Source: an uncultured Chthonomonas sp. (GTDB taxonomy: Bacteria > Armatimonadota > Chthonomonadetes > Chthonomonadales > CAJBBX01). From it: a DNA stretch of 64,000 nucleotides. Positions 9,224-18,146 of the stretch are shown in pieces (the stretch's first letter is position 1; each line of letters opens with the position of its first letter). The notes under the pieces were generated by a model. It saw only the letters and a list, made by a program, of their open reading frames with translations, was not told the origin of the DNA and made no database searches. A program made the translations under genes and the position numbers. Where the stretch lies: NCBI GenBank assembly GCA_903885605.1, contig CAISJD010000118.1, positions 2,182-66,181 of the forward strand, written 5' to 3'.

Positions 9224-9257
9224 GGGCGCCCTGCTCGCCACCCGGCGCCCCTTTTTT
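9224..9257 (+). terminator. Rho-independent terminator candidate
   Basis: gggcgcc-(13 nt)-ggcgccc forms the stem, followed by c + TTTTTT (9252-9257). It lies downstream of the stop at 9081. Confidence 0.55.
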
Positions 9258-9261
9258 GGCC

Positions 9262-11232
9262 TCAGGCCCAGGGGAATGAGGGAGCCGGCAGGTTCCAGAT
9301 CATGCCGGGCACGCTCCAGAGCACGGCCATGGAGCACTCGCCCAGCACCATGCCCAGAGCCACCCGCCGAGCTACCCGGTAGGCGCCCACGCCGCCCCAC
9401 CGCAGCACGATGACCTTGGCCAGCCACGCCGCCAGGCAGGGGAACCAGAGCACCATCATGGTCCAGGAGCCGCAGAGCGCGTAGCCCAGGGGATGGAGCG
9501 GGAACGCGAGCGTGCGGGCACGGGCGGCGATCATCGCCACCGTCAGCGCCAGGCCCGCCAGGGCGTTGGGTAGCGCGTGCCACGGAAGCGTCTCCCGCTC
9601 GCCGGCCAGCATGCGCTTGGCCTCCTCGAAGGTCCAGATGTTCGGCCCCATATAGGCGTAGTCGTACATCCTCAGCGCACCGATGTGGTAGGGGAGCCAG
9701 ACCTGCACCACCGTTGACACGACCGCCGCAGCGCCCAGCGCCACCGCGAAGACCGCCACAAGCGAACGCCGCGAGAGCCGGACCTTGTCCGCCAGGGCCA
9801 TGCCGTCCAGGAAGGTGCAGAGGACCAGCCCTCGCTGGTCGCGGCACCAGGCGGTGTCGAACTGCGCCATGGCCGTCAGGTTGGCCGCGCCGAGGTTCTG
9901 CGGATTGCCCATCAGTCGAAAGAGGTCCATGGGCAGGAACGAGGTCTCCGTCATCAGCATGCCCGCCTCGGCCGTGCTGCGGGCCATGACCACGGCGGCG
10001 ACGAAGAGGAAGAGCCCGAAGGCCGCCGCCGCCAGCCAGACCTCGAGGCCCAGCAGCGCCAGCCACGCCACCGCCACGGCCGTCGAGCCGATCAGCCCGA
10101 TCAGCGCCGTGCGGTACGGGAGCGCCTCGGCGCCCTGGCCGCCCGCGCCGGGCCTCAGGCACGCGGCCACCCGGCGAAGGTGTTCCCGCGCGGCCCAGAG
10201 GACCCATCCCGCGACGGCCAGGTAGGCCCCCATGTTCTGGTACCCCACCGCCATGGGCGTCCCGAACATGGGCATATCGTCGACCTTCACGCCGCGCAGG
10301 CCGGCGGCCACATCCAGCCCCCGCGCCAGGGAGAAGAAGAACCAGAGCGAGAAGACCAGGTCGGTGGGCAGCATGAAGAGGAAGCCCATGGCCGCGAACG
10401 AGACAAGGATGTGCGTGAAGTGGAGCGCATCCCATGGAGGGCCCGTCAGCACGGTCTGCAGGTTCAGATGCGTCACGACATCCGGCACATCGGGGATCAG
10501 CCGGTGCAGCCCTTTCAGCGTATAGACCGCCGCGGGCACGGCGAACCCGGCCCAGAGCGGCGCGCCGCCCAGCCCCGCGGACCCCGGCGCGGCGGCCTGG
10601 GCCAACTCGATGGGCAGCTGCACCAGCGGGAACGAGAGCCGCTCGTGGTCGGCCCAGGGCTTCCGCAACAGCACGGCAAGGCAGAGGAACGCGAAGCAGA
10701 CGCAGGCCACGAAGAGGCCCCACGTGAGCAGCGGCACGGTCCACGGGCCCCACGGCACGCCCTCGCCGGGCTTCAGCCCGTTGTAGAAGCCTGCGGCCAC
10801 GGCCTGCCGCGCCGGACCGGCCGGGTCCCAGGCCACCGCCCACCGGGGGATGTGCGCGAAGAAGGCCTCCCGCCAGCCGCCGTCCTCTCCGGCCTTGAAG
10901 TTGGTCGAAACCAGCAGGGGGATGACCCGCTGCACCACACCGCGCGACGAGAACATGGCCGCCAGCGCGGACATGATGTAGACCACGGCCATCTCGTGCG
11001 GCGCCAGGGCGGGCCGGCCCAGCCGCCGCATCCCGGCGCCCACGCAGGCGAGGCCGAAGAGCAACCCCACCGCGATGGGCGGCAGCTGCATGGCCCCCAC
11101 GTGCACGCGCTGGACGACCAGCTCGGAGTAGGAGACCGTCAGGCACGTGACGACGACGCAGGCCAGGCCGATGGCCCAGGCGCGGCGCGTCACTCCAAAC
11201 CGGTTGTCTGCGGCGGTCGGCTTCGGCATCAT
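9262..11232 (-). CDS. Uncharacterised polytopic inner-membrane protein (656 aa), paralog of 50176..52128
   Basis: Clean ORF with many hydrophobic segments. Shared blocks with the paralog include HIPRWAVAWDP/HLPRWLTVSDP, ERLSFPLVQLPIEL/ERLNYPTAQLPIEM and FPLHPLGYAL/FPFHPLGYAV. It may correspond to the DUF6785/DUF6784-type family; this is from memory and unverified. Confidence 0.8.
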   Translation of the reverse strand: MMPKPTAADNRFGVTRRAWAIGLACVVVTCLTVSYSELVVQRVHVGAMQLPPIAVGLLFGLACVGAGMRRLGRPALAPHEMAVVYIMSALAAMFSSRGVVQRVIPLLVSTNFKAGEDGGWREAFFAHIPRWAVAWDPAGPARQAVAAGFYNGLKPGEGVPWGPWTVPLLTWGLFVACVCFAFLCLAVLLRKPWADHERLSFPLVQLPIELAQAAAPGSAGLGGAPLWAGFAVPAAVYTLKGLHRLIPDVPDVVTHLNLQTVLTGPPWDALHFTHILVSFAAMGFLFMLPTDLVFSLWFFFSLARGLDVAAGLRGVKVDDMPMFGTPMAVGYQNMGAYLAVAGWVLWAAREHLRRVAACLRPGAGGQGAEALPYRTALIGLIGSTAVAVAWLALLGLEVWLAAAAFGLFLFVAAVVMARSTAEAGMLMTETSFLPMDLFRLMGNPQNLGAANLTAMAQFDTAWCRDQRGLVLCTFLDGMALADKVRLSRRSLVAVFAVALGAAAVVSTVVQVWLPYHIGALRMYDYAYMGPNIWTFEEAKRMLAGERETLPWHALPNALAGLALTVAMIAARARTLAFPLHPLGYALCGSWTMMVLWFPCLAAWLAKVIVLRWGGVGAYRVARRVALGMVLGECSMAVLWSVPGMIWNLPAPSFPWA

Positions 11233-11280
11233 TCAGTCGGGTGGTCGGGTTCCGCCTCGGACGGCGTGGGTGGTCGGCCT

Positions 11281-12003
11281 CTACCTGCCCCTGGCCCTGC
11301 GGAGGCCGTCGGTGTACTCGGTCCAGAGCGTCTCCAGCGCCTTGCCGGTGGCCTGGTCGAAGATCTCGGGCTTGTATGACCGATCGCGGCAGGCCTTGTC
11401 CAGCTTGCGGACCAGCCCCCGATCGTAGCGCCCCGTGGCCCAGGCCAGGAAGGCGGCGGTGGTGCGGTAGCTGTCGGTTACCTTGGCGCGGTCGGGGTCC
11501 ACCGGCGTGCGCGGGGCCTCGGGCTCGTAGCGCCACCAGCGGATGTAGTCGGCGATCCCCTCGACCAGCCAGCCGGGCGTGCTTCGGCTGCCGGGGTAGC
11601 GCTGGATCAGGTGCGTCATCTCGTGGATGACCATGCCGAAGTCGTCGGGATGCCCTGCGATCCACTCGGAGTCGATGGTGATCTCGGAGCCCGACGCGTA
11701 GGCCGGTGCGCCGATCTTCGGCTTGAAGGTGAGCTTCATGGCCTTGGGCGGCCGGAAGCCGTCGGTGGCGAGCAACTGGCAGACGTGCGGGAACCAGTCG
11801 GCGGCGAGCCTGGCAGCGCGCTCCGCCCAGGGCTTGGCGGCCGGCGCGGCCGTCACATCGATCTCCACCTTCGGGGCCGCAACCAGCGGCGCCAGCGTGT
11901 CGGCATAGGCCGTCAGCGCGGGCTGGGCGGACTGAGCGAAGCCGGGCAGAGCCGCCACAGTCAGCAGGGCGGCCAGCGCGGCCGGCAGGGCGTTGAGCGT
12001 CAT
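11281..12003 (-). CDS. Basic-secretory-protein (BSP) family putative metallopeptidase, secreted
   Basis: Signal peptide MTLNALPAALAALLTVAALPGFAQS. HEMTH zinc motif at 11611..11625. BSP-like GWLVEGIADYIRW and a C-terminal region. Confidence 0.8.
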   Translation of the reverse strand: MTLNALPAALAALLTVAALPGFAQSAQPALTAYADTLAPLVAAPKVEIDVTAAPAAKPWAERAARLAADWFPHVCQLLATDGFRPPKAMKLTFKPKIGAPAYASGSEITIDSEWIAGHPDDFGMVIHEMTHLIQRYPGSRSTPGWLVEGIADYIRWWRYEPEAPRTPVDPDRAKVTDSYRTTAAFLAWATGRYDRGLVRKLDKACRDRSYKPEIFDQATGKALETLWTEYTDGLRRARGR

Positions 12004-12066
12004 GGTGCGGTGTTGCCTCCAGTCGATTGCGGGCCCGGACGTGCGGCCCTCGTCAGGATACCGCCC

Positions 12067-14373
12067 TCACGGCGTTGGTGTGGCGCGCAGGCAGATCAGC
12101 CGTGTGCGCGTCCGCACAAAGAGCGAGCCGCCGCAGACCACCGGCGAGGCGCGGACCTCCTCGCCCAGCTCCAGCCGGCAGAGCCGCTCGGGGCTTGATC
12201 CGCCCGTCCGGAAGCCGTGCAGCACTCCGGCGCCACTCACCACGTAGGCCTGGTCACCCGCCAGCGCCGGGGACGAGAGGCACTCGCCCACCTCGGCTCG
12301 CCAAGCGCTCCGGTCGGCGCCTCGCGCGAACCACTGGACCACGCCCGTGTCGCTCACCACGCAGAGGCCGCCTCGTCCGGCCGCCGGAGTGCTGCAGGTG
12401 GGGCCGTCGGATCCGAGATCCAGACGCACCTCCGGCCGCACCACCGGCAGGCCCGGTCCCAGAGCTCCCGTGGCGCCGCCGTCGGAGGCGACCTGCACCG
12501 CCGGGCGCGGCTTGGCCAGGAGCCGATCCAGCGACAGGCCCAGGACATGCTCCGGCAGGGCCAGCGTCAGCCAACCCTGGGCGACCACCGGGCCGGCCAC
12601 CGCGTCGCGGTCGCTGGCGTCGATGCCCTGCACGCGGGTGACCACCGCGCCGGTCTCGGCTTCGAGCAGATCGCAGGTGTGCTTGGCCCAGGCGCAGACG
12701 ATCTCCTTGCCCCGGTACGTGAAGACCACCGGCGATCGCCACGTCTGCACCTCCTCGCGGGCGTGGCGCCAGAGAGGGCGGCCATTCGCCAGGGAGAGCG
12801 CGACGATGTAGGAGGCGGCCTTCTCAGAGTCCGATTGCACGATCACGGCCGACCGCGACGCCGCCAGGGAGCTGGCCGCGCCGTACGTGGAGGTGTATGG
12901 CAGGTCGGTGTAGGTCCAGTGGAGGGCGCCGGTCTCCGCGTCGCAGGCGAAGGCCCCTGCCGCGCCGAAGTAGCCCGCAACCAGGCCGCCCGCCAGCGCC
13001 GGCGTGGGCGTGGCCTGCGTGTTGAAGGCGCTGCACTGCGCGGGCTTGCCCACGAGGCCCACGGTGGTCCAGCGCGCCCGGCCGGTGGCGGCGTCCAGGG
13101 CCACGATGGCGTATTGCGTTCCGTCGGCGGCCTCCATCTGCGACCCGGCCATGGGCGCCGCGCCCGCCAGCAGCGGGAGCGTCAGGAGGCCGGCCCGGGC
13201 CAGTCGCCCCTGCGTCAGCCGCTCCGCCAGACGGCGTGAAGCGAAGGGCGCCAGGCATGCAAGGCCGGCCAGGGCGCCGACCATCGCCAGCGCGTGCAAG
13301 CCGAGGGGGCTTTCCACGCGGCCGCGGGCAAGCTGGTACCTCAGATAGACGAAGCCGTTCACCGCCGGGGCGCTCAGGGCAGGCACGCAGGCAAGCGCCG
13401 CCCAGGTGAGCAGGATCAGCCCTTCCGCCGCCCACGGTCGTCCGCCGAGGTGTCGCCTCAGGAGCCTCCCGCCCGCCACTGCCACCGCTACGCCCGCCAC
13501 GGCGGCGAGCCGGCCGGAGGGCAGTTCGCCCATGGGCTGCGTGCGCCAGAAGACGGCGTCGCGGATCAGCTGCATCAGGTAGGTCTCGCGGAGCAGGAAG
13601 GCCACGGGCGCCCCCACGATCACCAGCGGCAGGACGCGCCGGGCGACGCGTACGCCCGGGAAGCGCGCGCCGGGCTCCGTGGCCGCCAGCGCCGCCGGCA
13701 GAAGCGGGAGCAGGCACAGCCCCGCCATAAAGTCGGGCTGGCGCAAGCCGGGCATGGCGAGCAGCGTATGGTTCGCCGCCAGGGCCACGGCCATGCCGCC
13801 CACCGCGATCGTCAGGCGAGCCCAGCGTCGGTCCCCGGCCAGCGCCCGCGCCGTCTCCAGCGACGCCCACGCCAGCAAGATGCGCAGCGCGGCGGTCCTG
13901 AAGCCGTCATTGCGGCACGCGAAGAGCTCCTCGCCCATGAGCGCAAGGACGAAGAGGATCCCGATCCGCAGCGCGGTTCCTGCCACCACGTGCCCAAGGA
14001 GCCCGCCCGCCGTCGCACGCAGGAGCCCCAGCCAGGCCGCGAGGATGAGGGACGTAGCCGCCACCCAGTGCGCCGCCATGGCGAGCAGGCGGCCGTCGGA
14101 TCGCTGCGTGGCCGTCGTGACGTAGACGGTCCTGCCGTCGGTGATGGGCGACGAGTGCCCGGAGCCCGGCACCGGTATTGACCAGGCGACGCACAACGAC
14201 GAGCGGCTCGGGTCGAATAGCCGCCGATCCACGGTGCCGGATCCGTGTGGGCCACGAAAAGACGGCCAGGCCTCGGCGGCGGGTTCCGCCCCGGACGCAG
14301 GGACCGCCGCTAGCAGCAGCGCGGCGGCCGCCGCGGCATTCGCCCAGCCTTCCGAACGCCTGCGGCCCATCAT
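12067..14373 (-). CDS. PQQ-like/BamB-like beta-propeller protein interrupted by a multi-helix membrane domain
   Basis: Inner ATG 14373 (MMGRRRSEGW...). The signal peptide is followed by WPSFRGPHGSG and a first blade. About 300 aa of hydrophobic helices follow (roughly nt 13100..14060). The rest is propeller-like repeats (ALDAATGRARW, DAETGALHW, SLANGRPLW). Confidence 0.7.
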   Translation of the reverse strand: MMGRRRSEGWANAAAAAALLLAAVPASGAEPAAEAWPSFRGPHGSGTVDRRLFDPSRSSLCVAWSIPVPGSGHSSPITDGRTVYVTTATQRSDGRLLAMAAHWVAATSLILAAWLGLLRATAGGLLGHVVAGTALRIGILFVLALMGEELFACRNDGFRTAALRILLAWASLETARALAGDRRWARLTIAVGGMAVALAANHTLLAMPGLRQPDFMAGLCLLPLLPAALAATEPGARFPGVRVARRVLPLVIVGAPVAFLLRETYLMQLIRDAVFWRTQPMGELPSGRLAAVAGVAVAVAGGRLLRRHLGGRPWAAEGLILLTWAALACVPALSAPAVNGFVYLRYQLARGRVESPLGLHALAMVGALAGLACLAPFASRRLAERLTQGRLARAGLLTLPLLAGAAPMAGSQMEAADGTQYAIVALDAATGRARWTTVGLVGKPAQCSAFNTQATPTPALAGGLVAGYFGAAGAFACDAETGALHWTYTDLPYTSTYGAASSLAASRSAVIVQSDSEKAASYIVALSLANGRPLWRHAREEVQTWRSPVVFTYRGKEIVCAWAKHTCDLLEAETGAVVTRVQGIDASDRDAVAGPVVAQGWLTLALPEHVLGLSLDRLLAKPRPAVQVASDGGATGALGPGLPVVRPEVRLDLGSDGPTCSTPAAGRGGLCVVSDTGVVQWFARGADRSAWRAEVGECLSSPALAGDQAYVVSGAGVLHGFRTGGSSPERLCRLELGEEVRASPVVCGGSLFVRTRTRLICLRATPTP

Positions 14374-14463
14374 CTGCGCGCGGTCTCCATCGCTTCCTCC
14401 ATCCCGCCGATGCGCCGTCGGCACAGCTTACCCCTGCAGCACCGGAATCGGTTTCCATACGTC

Positions 14464-14472
14464 TGCTATAAT
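14464..14472 (+). promoter_or_regulatory. Candidate extended -10 promoter (TGcTATAAT) for ftsK
   Basis: tgctataat lies in the divergent intergenic region 42 nt upstream of ATG 14514. The -35 element is weak. Confidence 0.4.
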
Positions 14473-14513
14473 CGGGAAAGGACCGGGGCATCTCCTCCCG
14501 GTCAGAGGACCAC

Positions 14514-16877
14514 ATGGCAGCTGCCCGCCGTACCGAGGAACCGCCGCCCGCCAGAAGCCGCCGGGTGGATGATACGATAGGCCTGGCTCTCTTCTTCTTC
14601 GGGCTGGCCTCGCTCGTCTGGCTCATCTGGCGTCCCGATGGGCCGGTTGCCGGCGTCATCGTCACCCTGCTCCGCGAGACCGCCGGCGTGGGCTCCTACG
14701 CCATGCCGGTGCTTCTCATGGCCTTCGGCGTGATGTTCATCGTCGGGCGGCCGGGCGTGGGGCGCATGCACGCCGTGGCGGGCGTCGTGCTGGCCCACCT
14801 GACCCTCGTGGGTTGGGTTCACGTTGCCGGCCGTGTGCCGGTGCGGACACCGGGCGCGATCTACCCCGGCCTCTACGGCAACGATGTGACCGACCTGCGC
14901 TGGTCGATGGACTACCTCATGTCGCACGGCGGCGTGGTGGGCGCCTCGGTCGGCTCCGCGCTCCTGTACGCCCTCGGCGCGGCGGGGAGCCACCTGGTCT
15001 TCGTCTTCACCTCCTGCACCGCCATCATGCTGATCGTGGACCGCTCTGTGCTGGAGCTGCTGGGCTCCGTGCGCCGCCCGATGCAGTCCGGCGCGGCCGC
15101 CGTGCAGTCGGGCGCCGCGGCTATCCGCGCCCGGCAGGCCGAGGCCCGCCCCGCGCCCGCGGTGCGCCAGACGCCTCCGCCGGCCCCTGCCGCACCGAAG
15201 AGGCGCTCCCTGTTCGACTTCCGCCGCCTTGAGCCCGAGGCCCCCGTCCCGACGATGGACCTGCCCGAGCCCGAGGCGGCGCCCAAGAAGCCCGCCGCGC
15301 CTCGCGTGCGGCGCAAGAACCAGGATCCCGCCCAGGACGACGCTCCCTTCGCGCCGGATGCCGCCCAGGGCGCACCCGCAAGCCCGTCTGCCGCGCCGAC
15401 CGAAGCCGCACCCCGGACCGACGCCTACAGCCCGCCGCCGTTGGACCTGCTCCGCAAGGCGCAGCCCATCGACACGCGCAAGGGGCAGTCCGAGCTGGCA
15501 GACAAGATTCAGCGCATCGAGCAGACGCTGGACGAGTTCGGCATCGGCGCCAACGTGGCCGAGATCGCCCATGGCCCCACCTTCACGCGTTACGAGGTGC
15601 AGCTGGCCCCGGGCATCAAGGTGGCTAAGATCGTCTCCCTGGCGGACAACATCGCCATGAAGCTCAAGGCCATCCAGGTGCGCGTGGAGGCCCCCATCCC
15701 CGGCAAGGACGCCATCGGGATCGAGGTCCCGAACAGCAACGCCGGCGTCGTGAGCCTGCGCGAGTGCCTCGAGACGCCCGAGTTCCGCAACAGCCCCAAG
15801 AAGCTCCTCTTCGCCCTGGGCAAGACCGTCGAGGGTCAGGTGAAGATCGCGGACCTCTCCACCATGCCGCACCTGCTGGTGGGAGGCACCACCAACTCGG
15901 GCAAGTCGGTCTGCCTCAACGCGCTCATCGCCTCCATCGTCTACCGGGCGCTCCCATCCGAGGTCAAGTTCGTGATGATCGACCCGAAGATGGTGGAGCT
16001 CTCGCTCTGGGACGGCATCCCGCACCTGATCCACCCGGTCGTCCGCAACGTGAAGGCCGCGCCTGCCATCCTCAACAGCGTGCTTCGCGAGATGGAGCAG
16101 CGCTACGAGACCTTCTCGCGGCTCGGCGTGCGGAACATCGACAGCTACAACGCCAAGGCGCAGCAGATCGACAAGCTGCCCTACATAGTGGTCATCGTCG
16201 ATGAGCTGGCCGACCTGATGATGACGCAGGAGTCCGGCGACGTGGAGCACTGCATCGCCCGCATCGCCGCCGTGGCGCGGGCCACGGGCATCCACCTGGT
16301 CATCGCCACTCAGCGCCCCTCGGCCGACGTGCTCACGGGCCTCATCAAGGCGAACATCTCCAGCCGCATCGCCTTCATGGTCTCGAGCCAGCTGGAGAGC
16401 CGCATCGTGCTGGACCAGAACGGCGCGGAGAAGCTCATCGGCCGCGGCGACATGCTCTACATGCCCATCGACACCACCAAGCCGATCCGCATCCAGGGCT
16501 GCTACCTCTCCGAGGGCGAGACGAACGACCTCGTGGCCTACCTGCGAACCCAGGAGGCGCCCCAGTACTCGCTCAAGCCCGTGGAGGCCGCCTCGAAAGC
16601 CGTGCCCGGCGGCGCGGGCGAGGACGACGAGTACTTCGAGCGCGCCGTGCGGCTGGTGGTGGCTACGGGCCACGCGTCGGCCTCCATGCTCCAGCGCCGC
16701 TTCGGCATCGGCTACGCCCGCAGTGCACGTCTGGTCGACATCATGGAGCAGCGCGGCATCGTCGGCCCGCAGGACGGGGCCAAGCCCCGCGAGATCCGCA
16801 TCTCCCGCGACGAGGTGGAGATGATGTTCGGCGGCGTCGTCATCCCCGAGGACGACGGCGCAGACGACGAAGTCTGA
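14514..16877 (+). CDS. ftsK: DNA translocase FtsK/SpoIIIE
   Basis: N-terminal TM helices and a Pro/Ala-rich linker. Motor domain with Walker A GGTTNSGKS, VVIVDELADLM and ATQRPS. Gamma domain ASMLQRRFGIGYARSARLVDIME. Confidence 0.95.
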   Translation: MAAARRTEEPPPARSRRVDDTIGLALFFFGLASLVWLIWRPDGPVAGVIVTLLRETAGVGSYAMPVLLMAFGVMFIVGRPGVGRMHAVAGVVLAHLTLVGWVHVAGRVPVRTPGAIYPGLYGNDVTDLRWSMDYLMSHGGVVGASVGSALLYALGAAGSHLVFVFTSCTAIMLIVDRSVLELLGSVRRPMQSGAAAVQSGAAAIRARQAEARPAPAVRQTPPPAPAAPKRRSLFDFRRLEPEAPVPTMDLPEPEAAPKKPAAPRVRRKNQDPAQDDAPFAPDAAQGAPASPSAAPTEAAPRTDAYSPPPLDLLRKAQPIDTRKGQSELADKIQRIEQTLDEFGIGANVAEIAHGPTFTRYEVQLAPGIKVAKIVSLADNIAMKLKAIQVRVEAPIPGKDAIGIEVPNSNAGVVSLRECLETPEFRNSPKKLLFALGKTVEGQVKIADLSTMPHLLVGGTTNSGKSVCLNALIASIVYRALPSEVKFVMIDPKMVELSLWDGIPHLIHPVVRNVKAAPAILNSVLREMEQRYETFSRLGVRNIDSYNAKAQQIDKLPYIVVIVDELADLMMTQESGDVEHCIARIAAVARATGIHLVIATQRPSADVLTGLIKANISSRIAFMVSSQLESRIVLDQNGAEKLIGRGDMLYMPIDTTKPIRIQGCYLSEGETNDLVAYLRTQEAPQYSLKPVEAASKAVPGGAGEDDEYFERAVRLVVATGHASASMLQRRFGIGYARSARLVDIMEQRGIVGPQDGAKPREIRISRDEVEMMFGGVVIPEDDGADDEV

Positions 16878-16902
16878 GGCCCGAAAGAAAGGAAGTAGCA
16901 CC

Positions 16903-18120
16903 ATGTCCGGCGCCGCATCGCCCTTCGCATCCATCCAGATGGCCCCTCCCGACCCGATCCTGGGCCTGACCGAGGCGTACAACGCCGATCCCAACCCCGA
17001 CAAGGTGAACCTGGGTGTCGGCGTCTACCTGGACGGCGCGGGCAAGGTGCCGGTGCTCCACTGCGTCCGCGAGGCCGCCCGCCGGCTGCTGGAGAGCGAG
17101 GAGACCAAGACCTACCTGCCCATCGACGGCGCCCCGGCGTACAACCGCCAGGTGCAGCAGCTCCTGCTGGGCGAAGGCTCGCCCGTCATCGCCGAGGGCC
17201 GGGCCATCACAGTGCAGTGCCTGGGCGGCACCGGCGCCCTCCGCGTGGGAGCAGACCTGCTGGTTCGGCACCTGGGCGCGCCCGGAGTGTGGATCAGCAC
17301 CCCAAGCTGGGAGAACCACCGCGGTGTTTTCGAGGCTGCCGGCCTCAAGGTGCAGGCCTACCCCTACTACGACCCCGCCAAGCGCGGCCTCGACTTCGAC
17401 GCCATGGTGGCGGGCCTCAAGGCCATCCCCGCCGGCGACGTGGTGGTGCTCCACGCCTGCTGCCACAACCCCTCCGGCGTCGACCTTTCCGCCTCGCAGT
17501 GGGCGACCGTGGTGGAGGTGTGCGGCGAGCAGGGCCTGCTGCCGTTCCTGGACTTCGCCTACCAGGGCTTCGCCGTCGGCCTCGACCAGGACGCGCTGGC
17601 GGTGCGCTCCTTCGCGGCCTCCGGGCAGCCCTTCATCGTGGCCAACAGCTTCTCCAAGAACTTCTCGCTCTACCGCGAGCGCGTCGGCGGCCTCACCGTC
17701 ATCACGGCCGGCGCCGACGAGGCAAAGCGCACCCTGAGCCAGGTTAAGCGCATCATCCGCACGAACTACTCCAACCCGGCGTCACACGGCGCGCAGATCG
17801 TCGCCACGGTGCTGGCCGACGCGCAGCTTCGACCCATGTGGACCAAGGAGGTCGGGCTCATGCGCGAGCGGATCGCCTGGATGCGCAAGCTCTTCGCCCG
17901 CTCGCTGGCCGAGGCGGGCATCGAGAAGGACTACAGCTTCGTCACCCGGCAGAAGGGCATGTTCAGCTTCCTGGGCCTGCCGGTCGAAGCAGTGCACCGG
18001 CTCAGGAGCGAGTTCGGCGTCTACGCGGTCGACAGCTCCCGCGTCTGCGTGGCGGCCATGAACGAGCAGAACATCCAGGCCATCTGCCACGCCATCGCCG
18101 CGGTGTCGGCCGAGGCTTAG
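16903..18120 (+). CDS. aspC: Aspartate/aromatic amino acid aminotransferase (class I, AspC/TyrB type)
   Basis: APPDPILGL...VNLGVGVY aligns with the E. coli AspC N-terminus. PLP-lysine motif SFSKNFSLYRERVG. Confidence 0.9.
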   Translation: MSGAASPFASIQMAPPDPILGLTEAYNADPNPDKVNLGVGVYLDGAGKVPVLHCVREAARRLLESEETKTYLPIDGAPAYNRQVQQLLLGEGSPVIAEGRAITVQCLGGTGALRVGADLLVRHLGAPGVWISTPSWENHRGVFEAAGLKVQAYPYYDPAKRGLDFDAMVAGLKAIPAGDVVVLHACCHNPSGVDLSASQWATVVEVCGEQGLLPFLDFAYQGFAVGLDQDALAVRSFAASGQPFIVANSFSKNFSLYRERVGGLTVITAGADEAKRTLSQVKRIIRTNYSNPASHGAQIVATVLADAQLRPMWTKEVGLMRERIAWMRKLFARSLAEAGIEKDYSFVTRQKGMFSFLGLPVEAVHRLRSEFGVYAVDSSRVCVAAMNEQNIQAICHAIAAVSAEA

Positions 18121-18146
18121 GCAAGGGCAACCGAGGAGAACTGCAC

